Source: Octopus sinensis (lineage: Eukaryota). Taken from it: a stretch of 64,000 nt of DNA. Position numbers and translations under genes: made by a program. This document shows positions 1 to 13,258 of the stretch, piece by piece. How positions within the stretch are numbered: the first letter of the stretch is position 1; every line of letters starts with the position of its first letter. The notes under the pieces were generated by a model. It was not told the DNA's origin and did not search any database. It worked only from the letters and a program-made list of their open reading frames with translations. The stretch spans positions 115,754,001 to 115,818,000 of the forward strand of contig NC_042997.1 of assembly GCF_006345805.1 (NCBI RefSeq), given 5' to 3'.

Positions 1-134
1 AGCACCACATTCAACCCATTACCATCCACAAGCACATTGCTTAAATAGCCGCTAAATTTAGCGATGTAACACTATTGCAGAAACCAATTTTACATATTAA
101 AAACATTCCTGACAACTGGTGCGTACATATTCTT

Positions 135-2187
135 TTCTACTCTAGGCACAAGGCCCTAAATTTTGGGGGAGGGAACCAGTCGATTACACATCGACCCCAG
201 TAGGTAACTGGTACTTAAATTATCGACCCCGAAAGGACGAGAGGCAAAATCGACTTCGGCGGAATTTGAACTAAGAACGTAAAGACAGACGAAATACCTA
301 TTTCTTTACTACCCACAAGGGACTAAACACAGAGGAGACAAACAAGGACAGACAGACGGATTAAGTCGATTACATCGACCCCAGTGCGTAACTGGTACTT
401 ATTTAATCGACTCCGAAAGGATAAAAGGCAAAGTCGACCTCGGCGGAATTTGAACTCAGAACGTAGCGGCGGACGAAATACCTATTTCTTTACTACCCAC
501 AAGGAGCTAAACACAGAGGAGACAAACAAGGACAGACAGACGGATTAAGTCGATTACATCGACCCCAGTGCGTAACTGGTATTTATTTAATTGACCCCGA
601 AAGGATAAAAGGCAAAGTCGACCTCGGCGGAATTTGAACTCAGAACGTCGCGGCGGATGAAATACCTATTTCTTTACTACCCACAAGGGACTAAACACAG
701 AGGAGACAAACTAGGACAGACAGACGGATTAAGTCGATTACATCGACCCCAGTGCGTAACTGGTATTTATTTAATTGACCCCGAAAGGATAAAAGGCAAA
801 GTCGACCTCGGGGGAATTTGAACTCAGAACGTAGCGGCGGATGAAATACCTATTTCTTACTACCCACAAGGAGCTAAACACAGAGGAGACAAACAAGGAC
901 AGACAGACGGATTAAGTCGATTACATCGACCCCAGTGCGTAACTGGTATTTATTTAATTGACCCCGAAAGGATAAAAGGCAAAGTCGACCTCGGCGGAAT
1001 TTGAACTCAGAACGTAGCGGCGGACGAAATACCTATTTCTTTACTACCCACAAGGAGCTAAACACAGAGGAGACAAACAAGGACAGACAGACGGATTAAG
1101 TCGATTACATCGACCCCAGTGCGTAACTGGTATTTATTTATTGACCCCGAAAGGATAAAAGGCAAAGTCGACCTCGGCGGAATTTGAACTCAGAACGTCG
1201 CGGCGGATGAAATACCTATTTCTTTACTACCCACAAGGGACTAAACACAGAGGAGACAAACTAGGACAGACAGACGGATTAAGTCGATTACATCGACCCC
1301 AGTGCGTAACTGGTATTTATTTATTGACCCCGAAAGGATAAAAGGCAAAGTCGACCTCGGGGGAATTTGAACTCAGAACGTAGCGGCGGATGAAATACCT
1401 ATTTCTTTACTACCCACAAGGAGCTAAACACAGAGGAGACAAACAAGGACAGACAGACGGATTAAGTCGATTACATCGACCCCAGTGCGTAACTGGTATT
1501 TATTTAATTGACCCCGAAAGGATAAAAGGCAAAGTCGACCTCGGCGGAATTTGAACTCAGAACGTAGCGGTGGATGAAATACCTATTTCTTTACTACTCA
1601 CAAGGAGCTAAACACAGAGGAGACAAACAAGGACAGACAGACGGATTAAGTCGATTACATCGACCCCAGTGCGTAACTGGTATTTATTTAATTGACCCCG
1701 AAAGGATAAAAGGCAAAGTCGACCTCAGAAAAATTTGAACTCAGAACGTAGCGGCGGATGAAATACCTATTTCTTTACTACCCACAAGGAGCTAAACACA
1801 GAGGAGACAAACAAGGACAGACAGACGGATTAAGTCGATTACATCGACCCCAGTGCGTAACTGGTATTTATTTAATTGACCCCGAAAGGATAAAAGGCAA
1901 AGTCGACCTCGGCGGAATTTGAACTCAGAACGTCGCGGCGGATGAAATACCTATTTCTTTACTACCCACAAGGGACTAAACACAGAGGAGACAAACAAGG
2001 GCAGACAGACGGATTAAGTCGATTACATCGACCCCAGTGCGTAACTGGTACTTATTTAATCGAACCCGAAAGGATAAAAGGCAAAGTCGACCTCGGCGGA
2101 ATTTGAACTGAGAACGTAAGGACAGATGAAATACCCCCTAAGCATTTCGCCCGGCGTGCTAACGTTTCTGCCAGCTTGTCGCCTTAA
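135..2187 (-). mobile_element. tRNA-derived SINE (family A) expanded into a tandem array of ten ~184-bp internal units
   Basis: Minus-strand head AAGGCGACAAGCTGGCAGAAACGTTAGCACGCCGGG at 2187-2128. Units start at GAAATACC at 291, 475, 659, 843, 1026, 1209, 1392, 1576, 1760 and 1944. Each unit carries B-box-like GAGTTCAAATTC. Confidence 0.9.
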
Positions 2188-2188
2188 T

Positions 2189-2223
<35 letters not shown>

Positions 2224-2227
<4 letters not shown>

Positions 2228-2799
2228 GTACCAGGCAGTGGCCATGCCCTGATGCAGTACCAGGCAGTGGCTCTCATGGCTTCTGATCTTAACTGATTGG
2301 AAGTGTTATCATGTACATTGTTTTGTCTTGGTATAAAAGATGGGCTACAGCAAATATTCTGCTCAATACCACAGATTTGCTTGTCAGTTGTTTGACCTTA
2401 ACCAGTTGAGCATGTCCCTTAGTGGCTGACGATATGTGCATCTCTGATCACGAGCAGAAGTAGTGGGGGAGCATCATAGCCATGTGTTGAGAGGGATTCT
2501 TTGGGGTTTAAATAATTCACCTCTGGAAACATGGGTGGTTCTTTCAACATCCTTAAACAACCCTTATTCAGGGACCGTTTGAGCGGGATGGGCTACTCAA
2601 CCTGAAGAAAATTCTAACTGGGCCCCACCTGCAAGGTCATGTGCTGTTTATCTTGATATGAGATCACCATGTCGCGCACATATGGTTGTGATGCATGTGC
2701 CTGGTGTACCTTTATCAGACGGGTAATCATGATGGGTATATTGGGCTTCGTATATTTTACCCCAGTGTCACTTTGATGGCATGAACTGCTCTCTCACTC

Positions 2800-2800
<1 letters not shown>
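2224..2800 (+). repeat. ~570-bp dispersed repeat flanked by (AAT)n, copy 1
   Basis: Near-identical copies at 20531-21078 (inverted) and 29052-29553. All are embedded in AAT/TAT microsatellites. Confidence 0.85.
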
Positions 2801-2861
<61 letters not shown>

Positions 2862-2864
2862 TCT

Positions 2865-3475
2865 TTCTACTCTAGGCACAAGACCCGAAATTTTGGGGGA
2901 AGGGGCCAGTCGATTAGATCGATCCCAGTACACAACTGGTACTTAATTTATCGACCCCAAAAGGATGAAATGGAAATCGACCTCGGCGGTATTTGAACTC
3001 ATAACGTAAAGACAGACAAAATACCGCTAAGCATTTCACCCGGTGTGCTAACGTTTCTTATTTCTTTACTACCCACAAGGGGCTAAAAACAGAGGGGACA
3101 AACAAGGACAGTCAAACGGATTAAGTCGATTACATCGACCCCAGTGCGTAACTGGTACTTGTTTAATCGACCCTGAAAGGATGAAAGGTAAAGTCGACCT
3201 CGGCGGAATTTGAACTCAGAACGTAACGGCAGACGAAATACCTATTTCTTTACTACCCACAACGGGCTAAACACAGAGAGGACAAACAAAGACAGACAAA
3301 CGGATTAAGTCGATTATAACGTCCCCCAGTGCGTAACTGGTACTTATTTAATCGACACCGAAAGGATGAAAGGCAAAGTCGACCTCAGCGGAATTTGAAC
3401 TCAGAACGTAGTGGCAGACGAAATACGGCTAAGCATTTCGTCCGTCGTGCTAACGTTTCTGCCAGCTCGCCGCCT
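2865..3475 (-). mobile_element. family A SINE composite (head plus repeated internal units)
   Basis: Same sequence as the 135-2187 element, head at ~3475-3420. Confidence 0.85.
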
Positions 3476-3499
3476 TACTGGTTGGTACATATTAATTGC

Positions 3500-4160
3500 T
3501 GGTAGGGGCACTCTGTGTTTTCAAGTGCAACACTACGATGGTCGAGACGATATTTTGTGATTTCGATCCTGTATTCTGAACTTTGAACATTGGACTTGGC
3601 TTTTTGTATTTTATATTAAATCCCTTAGAATTGTGTCCGCCAGAATTTTCAAACAATACCTGATGACTTTGTGATTTGCGCTGTACAACTTATATTTGAT
3701 AGTTGGGTATTTGGTATATATGCGACACAAAGTTGGTGCTTGCCACCAGATATTCTATTGAACGACATTGTACTGTATTATGGATCTGCTGTTGATCTGC
3801 AATATCTCACGTGTAAATTCTGTCCTCGTGAGCGCTTGGGTCAGTTCTGATTACGCGAAGCTGTCTATTTTCTTTTTCAGCATTAGTATTCCTATAACAG
3901 AATGGAAGATGAGCTTCATACAATCGCAAGAAACTTGCAGTGAATTCAATGTCTTCTCCCATAGAAATAAATTTTTTTTTTCTACTCCGCTCGTCTAAAG
4001 AACACTTGTTATCGGACCAGCCACATGATACCAGTAAAATATTTCGGATTAAATCCAAAATCAGAGAAAATAAAGGATTGTTTCCATCGGTGTGTTATCA
4101 AGGAGAATCTTTCTACTTCATTCACTCTGTGACGAAGGCTAAAATCCCGAAACGTTAGCT
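3500..4160 (-). pseudogene. possible degenerate Penelope-like element 5' fragment with hammerhead relic
   Basis: Frameshifted minus-strand peptide RYCLKILADTI/KGFNIKYK resembles a PLE N-terminal motif. A plus-strand relic TGACGA-AGG..CC-GAAACGTT lies at 4125-4160. Confidence 0.3.
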
Positions 4161-4339
4161 ATTTCGCTCCTCGTGTATCTATTTACACGATCATTTAGTT
4201 ATGTAGCTATCGTCTCCCTTCTTCTTTTACCCAAAAGAAATTGGCCTTGCGCTTAAGAAACATAAATTATCCGCTGTTTCTTCACTATATCACCCACCCC
4301 CATATCTCTCTCTTTCGCGCGCTCTCTTTCAATCTATCT

Positions 4340-4582
<243 letters not shown>

Positions 4583-4843
4583 CACAAATAGAGAAGTTAC
4601 AAATCTATTTTCGAAAGCAAAAACCTCTCCCATCCGCCCACTTTACGCCGTGTCATGTATATCACACAGCTCGTTATTCACGTGTCCCTGTCACTGCGGT
4701 CAACAAAAATATATGCGATCGGGTAATGGCGTAGCTGTCAGGGTCAAAGATCGCCATCTTGGCAAGATAATGTTTTCTCTTCGCCCTCTTTATATACACC
4801 TTACCTCCTTATTTTTTTTCTATTGACTTACACTGTTGATTTC

Positions 4844-4886
<43 letters not shown>

Positions 4887-5156
4887 TTTCTATCCCTCGC
4901 CCCGCAATCCTTAATCGTACAGCTTGCGTTCGGTATCCGTTGCAGAGAGTTATATCGCTGATGAGTAAAATCGTACCATAGAAACCCCCCCCTTCTACAT
5001 CTTTCCTTATTCCCTTCACCCTGGGTATTTTATTTCATTTCATTCCGATACCCGATTCTGTGCCTCACCTGTTAATATATATGGACGGAACAGATAAGAA
5101 AATCGTATGACGGATGACAAAGAGGTAGATAGCCATCCCACCCCCAGCCTTCCCAT

Positions 5157-5202
<46 letters not shown>

Positions 5203-5727
5203 ACTCACTCTTTCTCTCTCTCTCTCACTCACTCCTTCTCTCCCTCCCTCTCTTTATCTATCTATCTATCTATCCCGAATGAGCAAACACATAAATATCA
5301 CACACACACACACACACACATATAAATATACATACATATATGTACATATACATACACGCGCGCATATATAGATATCGAGAGAGAGAGAAAGAGAGAGAGA
5401 GAGAAAGGGAGGGAGAGAGAAAGTGAGAGAAAGAGAGAGAGAGAGAAAGAGAGAGAAGTACATCTTTTAAGTCATTTAATATATATTTTATTTCTTTCTC
5501 TCTTTCTCTTCCTTGCTTTCTCTCTCTTTGTCTCTTTCTCTTTCTTACTCTATCTCTCACTCACACACATACACACACACACACACACACTCTCTCTCTC
5601 TCTCTCTCTCTCCCTCTCTCTCTCTCTCTCTCCCTTATTTAATTTTTAGCCTCAGATTATTCACCATCTTCCTATTTTAATAATTCTATTCACTGAATTA
5701 GTTTTCGCATCTAACCACACACACACA

Positions 5728-5773
<46 letters not shown>

Positions 5774-6130
5774 TCACTCATTCACTCAGCCAATCACACC
5801 AGCATACCGTCTTTAAAAGAAAAAGGACAGGCTTATTATCCGGAGATCGGAAGGCAACCTGTGGACAAGTGTTTCTCCCTCAATAAGCGTCATCCGCACG
5901 ACTAATGTCTGACCAAATAGATGCTACTGACCATTCTGAGTTATTATTCTGAGGTGAATTTTGTTTAAATTACGCAAATTCCTTCAGTCATAGCTGTTTT
6001 GTTTTTCTCTGTTGTTTTGTATGAGACAGATTTATACCAGAGGCTGTCGACTGAGGTCCATATGACTTTTGGACGTCCTTATTAGGTTTCGTTGTTAAAA
6101 TTTACCTGCAATAAATTAGTTACACTTCAA

Positions 6131-6510
6131 CTCCGTCGGTTACGACGACGAGGGTCCCAGTTGATCCGATCAATGGAACAGCATGCTCGTGAAATTAACG
6201 TGCAAATGGCTGAGCACTCCACAGACACGTGTAACCTTAATGTAGTTCTAGGGGAGAATCAGCGTGACACAGAATGTGACAAGGCTGGCCCTTTGAAATA
6301 CAGACACAACTGAAACAGGAAGAAAGAGTGAAAGAAAGTTGTGGTGAAAGAGTACAGCAGGATTTGCCACCATCCCCTGCCGGTGCTTCGTGGAGCTTTA
6401 GGTGTTTTCGCTCAATAAACACTCACAACGTAGGATCGCGGTCTGGGAATCGAAACAACGATCCTACGACCGCGTGTCTGCTGCCCTATGCACTGGGTCA
6501 TTGCGCCTCC
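6131..6510 (-). mobile_element. tRNA-derived SINE (family C)
   Basis: Minus-strand tRNA-like head GGAGGCGCAATGACCCAGTG...GTTTCGATTCCCAG. Body matches 6846-7178 in inverted orientation. Confidence 0.8.
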
Positions 6511-6845
6511 ACATTTCAACGATACACAAAATATTCTAACAACTTTTTTTTTTATACAATTCTTAACACATTGAATGGGTGTGAGAGTCCACGCGAGTGA
6601 AGTAGGAATCAAAGGGATCCATAGGCAAAAAAATGGTCGAAACCACTGATTTATCCACTTGAATTTTAAAGTGTCTGCTTTTCGTCTCTTAGAGGCAGCT
6701 TTGGAACTAATTCTACGTGATCAACGAATTTACTACGCGAGTTACAATGATTCTAACCATTTTTTTTTTGCTCGGTCCCACGAGAAATACAGTCATCTAA
6801 ACAGAAAATGTTTGTAGTGGAATATTTGAGTGCAAGATAGAGATC

Positions 6846-7178
6846 ACAGTGGTTAGGGCAGCGGACTCGCGGTTGTAGGATCGCGGTTTCGATTCCCAGA
6901 TCTGGCTCTGTGAGCGAAAACACCTAAAGCTCCACGAGGCTCCGGTAGGGGTGGTGGCGAACCCTGCTGTACTCTTTCACCAAAGCTTTCTCTCAGTCTT
7001 TCTTCCTGTTTCTCTTGTACACGTATTTCAAAGGGCCAGCCTTGTCACGCTCCCCGAGAACTGCGTTAAGGGTACACGTGTCTATGGGGTGCTCAGCCAC
7101 TTGCACGTTAATTTCACGAGCAGGCTGATCCGTTAATCGGATCAACTGGGACCCTCGTCGTCGTAACCGATGGGGTGT
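6846..7178 (+). mobile_element. tRNA-derived SINE (family C)
   Basis: Head CAGTGGTTAGGGCAGCGGACTCGCGG...GTTTCGATTCCCAG, tail GTCGTCGTAACCGA shared with other copies. Confidence 0.8.
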
Positions 7179-7424
7179 CACGATTTATTTCTTAATATCA
7201 TGCGTGAGCTGTTGACTGCTTCTGTTCATTTCTTTTGCTGTGTGTCGTATTAATGTCGTAGACTCAAATATATTTGGTAATTTATGTGAACAATCGTTGA
7301 GCCCCTTTAGTGAGAAATACCTTACTAAAACCTATTGTGATGTACCCTATGGAGTATGTATGCGCTTTGTTGCGGAGTGATATATATAGCCATCAACATT
7401 AACTTTCTCACTCATAACGCCTGT

Positions 7425-7712
7425 ATGTTCTACTATAGACTCAGGCCGACCAAAGCCTTGGGAGTGGATTTGGTAGGCGGAAATTGAAAGAAGCCTGTCG
7501 TATATGAGTGTGTGTTTGTCCCGTATCTCAGTTTGACAACCGGCGTTGGTGTGTTTACGTCTCCATAACTTAGCGTTTCGGCAAAAGAAACTGATAGAGT
7601 AAGTACCAGGCTTAAAAAAAAAACGTTGGGATCGATTCATTCGACTAAAGATTCTTCAAGGCCATACCCCAGCATGGTCGCAGTCTAATGATTGAAAGAA
7701 GTTAAAGATAAA
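7425..7712 (+). mobile_element. family B SINE, 5'-truncated
   Basis: GGCCGACCAAAGCCTTG...CCAGCATGGTCGCAGTC motif set shared with the full copy at 25388-25798. Confidence 0.75.
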
Positions 7713-7717
7713 AGGTA

Positions 7718-7860
7718 CCGTATATACTCGAATAATAGCCGATCTCATGTAAAAGTTGACCCCTATTTTGGGGTCAAAAACTGGGAATTTTCCATAGACC
7801 CCATATAAAAATCGACCTTAGTATTTCACAAATAAGAGAACAACATTTGTGGGTCAAGGT
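7718..7860 (+). mobile_element. Tc1/pogo-like MITE end fragment
   Basis: TA|CCGTATATACTCGAATAATAGCCGA resembles pogo/mariner-type TIRs. No partner end was identified. Confidence 0.3.
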
Positions 7861-8436
7861 ACCGTATTATCCTGTACGTAGAAAAAACACTGTTACAAAA
7901 TTGTGTGGCTTACCTTACTGTAGCCTGCTCTATAGATGGAATGTTTGGTGATTATAATGGAATGCTTGGTGCTTATAGTAAAACACAATTTAATAGCGAG
8001 CACCACACATCTGGTGATGGGTACTACATCGCTTTTACTAAAATGTATGGACAGGATATGCTGCAAGCCTGCATACATCTGAAAGCACAATAAACACGTG
8101 TCATGCACTCGTTGTTTACATGGTGAGAAACGCGTTTAACAGACAGCATTATTGGCAAGCACTGGCAAACGCCACTGTCTGATTTCGTACAAAGACAGGA
8201 CTTTGGTCAGCCTAAAACATCCAACTAATTGCTAGACCAAGTGGTTCCCATGTGGCATTTATATTTTCCTCATCTCCAAATATAGTAAACACATCCGTCA
8301 TACACTCGTCTGTTTACATAGAGAGAAATGTATTTCACAGACAGCACTATCGGTGAACAACAGCAAGCAGCACTGTATGAATTCGTACCGAGGTATGACT
8401 TCGGTAAGCCTAAAAACATTTAGTTAATCGCTTGAT

Positions 8437-8557
8437 CAGTGGTTCCCAGACATTTTTTTTACCGCAGATCCATTCGATATTATTTTTAAAAGCTTGGAAC
8501 CCCTTATAACTTTCAGGGAACCCTGGGGTTTTGCAGCACACACTTTGGCAATCCCTG
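8437..8557. mobile_element. short hAT-like MITE remnant
   Basis: Imperfect TIRs CAGTGGTTCCCAGA / TTGGCAATCCCTG. No clean 8-bp TSD. Confidence 0.35.
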
Positions 8558-8872
8558 CTCCAGATTAACAACTCTACACCATATTATGAACATTTCCTGG
8601 TAACTGCACATGAGAGCTACACGGTCTTGTTTATGGGTTTTGTTATTTACTAGGACGTGTGTTTTTGATACATAGAATTGGTAATATTACTTTAATTCAT
8701 GGTGTTTTCGTTTTTATTCTTTTAGAGATCAGCTGGGTTTCTGCTGCTGATATGGTAATTCAGATTCTAGCTTGAATTTCAGCCCCACAATAGTAGTATC
8801 CATGTAATAGTCGAGCCCATAAATTGGCCTTAAAAATGGTCTAAAAATTTTGACTTTTACACGAGTATATAC

Positions 8873-9708
<836 letters not shown>

Positions 9709-9772
9709 GGTCCCGGGTTGATCCGGGGTTAACCACAGTAAGTAAGGTACTCAATACATAGCAGTAAAATTA

Positions 9773-9987
9773 ATTTATTATATAGAAGGAGCTTCTACAG
9801 GACTAGTACTGTTTCATTCAAGAGAAATCTTCAGGAAGCTATTTAACATGAATTGTATTAGCATTTATACATTTAGGCAGGTTTAAAGGAGTGGTGGTGG
9901 GGGACTTTTTGGGGGGTAGGCATAGCACAAAATATCATACTTGGGGGAGTGGTCAAGGAGTCAGTGGTAAGTTAGATGAAAGAATAG
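9773..9987 (-). repeat. left arm of ~215-bp inverted repeat (hammerhead-bearing)
   Basis: Reverse complement of 12455-12668 with about 3 differences by eye. Confidence 0.95.
9790..9840 (-). ncRNA. type I hammerhead ribozyme (predicted)
   Basis: Reverse complement is identical to the 12601-12651 fold. Confidence 0.7.
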
Positions 9988-9994
9988 AGTACAT

Positions 9995-10119
9995 ATGTGT
10001 ATATATATATATATATATATGTATGTAGGTGTATGTGTATGTGTGTGTATGTGTGCATGTATGTGTATGTGTATATGTGTATATATATGTATGTGTATAT
10101 GTATGTATATATGTGTGTA

Positions 10120-10162
<43 letters not shown>

Positions 10163-10716
10163 ATATATATATATATATGTATATGTATATATGTGTATGT
10201 GTGTATTATATATGTATATATGAGTGCGCGTGTGTGTATGTATGCATATATGTATGTATGCATGTATGTGTATGTATATATGTGTGGAAGTGTGTGCATA
10301 TATGTATATGTAAGTATGTGCGCGTGTATGAGTATGTATGTATGCTTGCACACGTGTATATATAGCGTGCGTGTGTATATATATGGATGCGCGTGCGTGC
10401 GTGCACGTGTATGGGTACGCATGTGTATATGTGTATGTGCGTGTATGTGTATGTATGCATATATGTATGTATGCATGTATATGTGTATGTATATATGTGC
10501 GTAAGTGTGTGCATATATGTATATGTAAGTATGTGTGCGTGTATGAGTATGTATGTATGCTTGCACACGTGTATATATGTGTGTGTGTGTATACATATGG
10601 ATGCATGTGCGTGTGGGCACGTGTATGGGTACGCATGTATATGTGTATGTGCGTGTATGCGTATACGTGTATGTATGTATGTATGTGTGGGCGTATATTT
10701 GTATATGTATGTGTGA
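9995..10716. repeat. imperfect (TA/TG) tract containing a 215-bp tandem duplication
   Basis: Markers AAGTGTGTGCATAT at 10288/10503 and CTTGCACACGTG at 10345/10560. Confidence 0.8.
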
Positions 10717-12259
10717 GTGTTCTCTCCCCTTCCCTTTTTCGTCTTTTTTTTCCCTCACTTAACTTGTCTCTTCCTCTCTCTCTCATTCTTCATTCTCTCT
10801 CTCCCTTTCACCATTCTTCATGGTCTCCTCGCACCATTCCCCTTCTTCTCTTCTTCTTGCTCCTCCTCCCCCATTCCCGTCATCCATCTGCGACGATACT
10901 TCCGTCGTAACTGCTTCCTGTCTTTCTCGCCCGCCTTGCAAGGCTTCTGGTTGACAAAATTTCCCTCTCTGTCTTCCACTATAATCCAGCGTTTACAATA
11001 CTTTTTTCGTCTGGCGTTAACAGCCCTTCTTATCTTGTTCTCCTTGTCTTGTCTCTCACTGTTATATTATTTATTTTTCCACTGTTTTTATATATATTTT
11101 TACTGTTTATATGTTTGTACTGTCGTTACCGTCTTGCTTTTTTTTTACCCCTCTGCGAAAAGATCTCAGAATTTTAATTGATTTGCTTTTCGCGGGAAGG
11201 AATTTTTCTTCGAAGTATACGTCTCGCTTTTATCCTTCGAAACGTTTAGTAGATGAAATCTTAGCGACTGAAGAAGGGGATTTTTCGTTGTGCTTATTGT
11301 CCTGTATCTCTCCCTTTTTTTGCTTGTCTTGTTCCTTGGTTTGTGTCTATGTGTTTCGTCTCTCTATGTGTTCGACGTCTTTTTGGTGTCCTGTACACAT
11401 ATATGCGTGTATATGTACATGTAGAGGTAGGTACGTACATATATGTTTATATATATGCATATATTCTATTTTATTAACATATATATATATATAGATGGGG
11501 GTGTGTGTATGCGTATAAGTGCATGTAAGTATGGATGTATGGATGTATGTATGTATGTTTACGTATGTATGTGTTTGTGTGTATATGTATGTAGGTGTGT
11601 GTATGTATGTGTGTATATATGTATATATATATATATATGTGTGTATATATGTTTGTGTATGTATATATATGTGTATGTATGTGTGTGTATATATATGGGT
11701 GTGTGTGTGTATGTATGTATGTATATATATATATATATATATGTATTATATATATATATATATATGTATGTATATATATATATATATATGTGTACATGTA
11801 TGTGTGGGTATATATATATATATATATAGGTATGTATCTGTATGTAGGAGTATATATATGTGTGTGTGTGTGTGTATGTGTATATGTGTATATATATATA
11901 TGTATAATATATATAATATATATTATATATGTATATTTATTGGTGTATATATATAGACTAGCCTCCTAAAGTGTAGACATGAATCTGTAGGTACGAGTAC
12001 GTATGTGTATATACGTGAACGTATGTAGATGTTTGTATGTATGAATATAACGCGTGCGTACGTGTATGTGTATGAGTGTACGAATGGGTGTATGTACCTG
12101 CTAATGAGTGTGCGTGCGGGAACGAGTACTTGCCTTCTAGTAGACAGACAATTTGGACATGCTGCCATCGCCAGGATCCTTAGCTCTAGCGATCAAAGAT
12201 AACAAAAGTAATAAATGAAGATAATAAAATTAAAATTAGGGAATGGGCCTGTATTGGAT

Positions 12260-12298
<39 letters not shown>

Positions 12299-12454
12299 AT
12301 GTATATATGTATATATATATGTATGTGTATGTGTGTATGTGTAGGTATGTATAGGCACACATGTGTACGTATGTGTGTGTGTATGTATATGTGTTTATGT
12401 ATGTATGTGCACACATTTTTTTTTTTTTTTTTATTTTTTTATTTTTTTATTTAT

Positions 12455-12668
12455 CTATTCTTTCATCTAACTTACCACTGACTCCTTGACCACTCCCCCA
12501 AGTATGATATTTTGTGCTATGCCTACCCCCAAAAAAGTCCCCCACCACCACTCCTTAAACCTGCCTAAATGTATAAATGCTAATACAATTCTTGTTAAAT
12601 AGCTTCCTGAAGATTTCTCTTGAATGAAACAGTACTAGTCCTGTAGAAGCTCCTTCTATATAATAAAT
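12455..12668 (+). repeat. right arm of ~215-bp inverted repeat (hammerhead-bearing)
   Basis: Inverted copy of 9773-9987. Confidence 0.95.
12601..12651 (+). ncRNA. type I hammerhead ribozyme (predicted)
   Basis: Stem I AGCUUC/GAAGCU; core CUGAAGA; stem II U.U+UUC/GAA with UCUU loop; GAAA; stem III ACAG/CUGU with 8-nt loop; GUA cleavage triplet (cut 12645|12646). Confidence 0.7.
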
Positions 12669-12933
12669 AAATATATATATATATATATTATATATATATA
12701 TATATATATACGTAGATATACACGCATGTTCATAGACACTACATACATAATATACATAAGTATATAGATAGATAGATAAATAGATACGAGATACATATGA
12801 CGGTATATATACATAAATACATACATATGTGTGTATAGGTGTATATATATATATATGCATGCATACACACACATACACGGGCACACGTACACGCACACAC
12901 TCACACGCACACACACACGCACGCACACACGCG

Positions 12934-12980
<47 letters not shown>

Positions 12981-13102
12981 ATATATTGAAACCGAAACAT
13001 CGTTTGTCACGCAACTCGAGATTCACTCACTTTTCACGCTGCTGCGCGACCTTCTGACGAGAACAACAGCGTGAAATTCAGTTACTGTTATTATAACCAT
13101 AT

Positions 13103-13150
<48 letters not shown>

Positions 13151-13163
13151 GTATATATATATA

Positions 13164-13210
<47 letters not shown>

Positions 13211-13258
13211 TATATATATTATATATATATGTATATGTATGTATATATATATATATAT

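Noticed and set aside
291-2127. CRISPR-like regular repeat array
   Set aside because: The whole 184-bp unit repeats with no unique spacers, it matches a dispersed SINE, and the context is eukaryotic.
11233-11280. GAAACGTT ... CTGAAGA as a permuted (type II) hammerhead
   Set aside because: No stem I can form between the cleavage site and the core, and stem II pairing is poor.
13032-13078. 10-bp hairpin enclosing CTGACGA and ending in GAAA
   Set aside because: The GAAA is part of the outer stem and no stem II or III forms. It is probably a chance hairpin.
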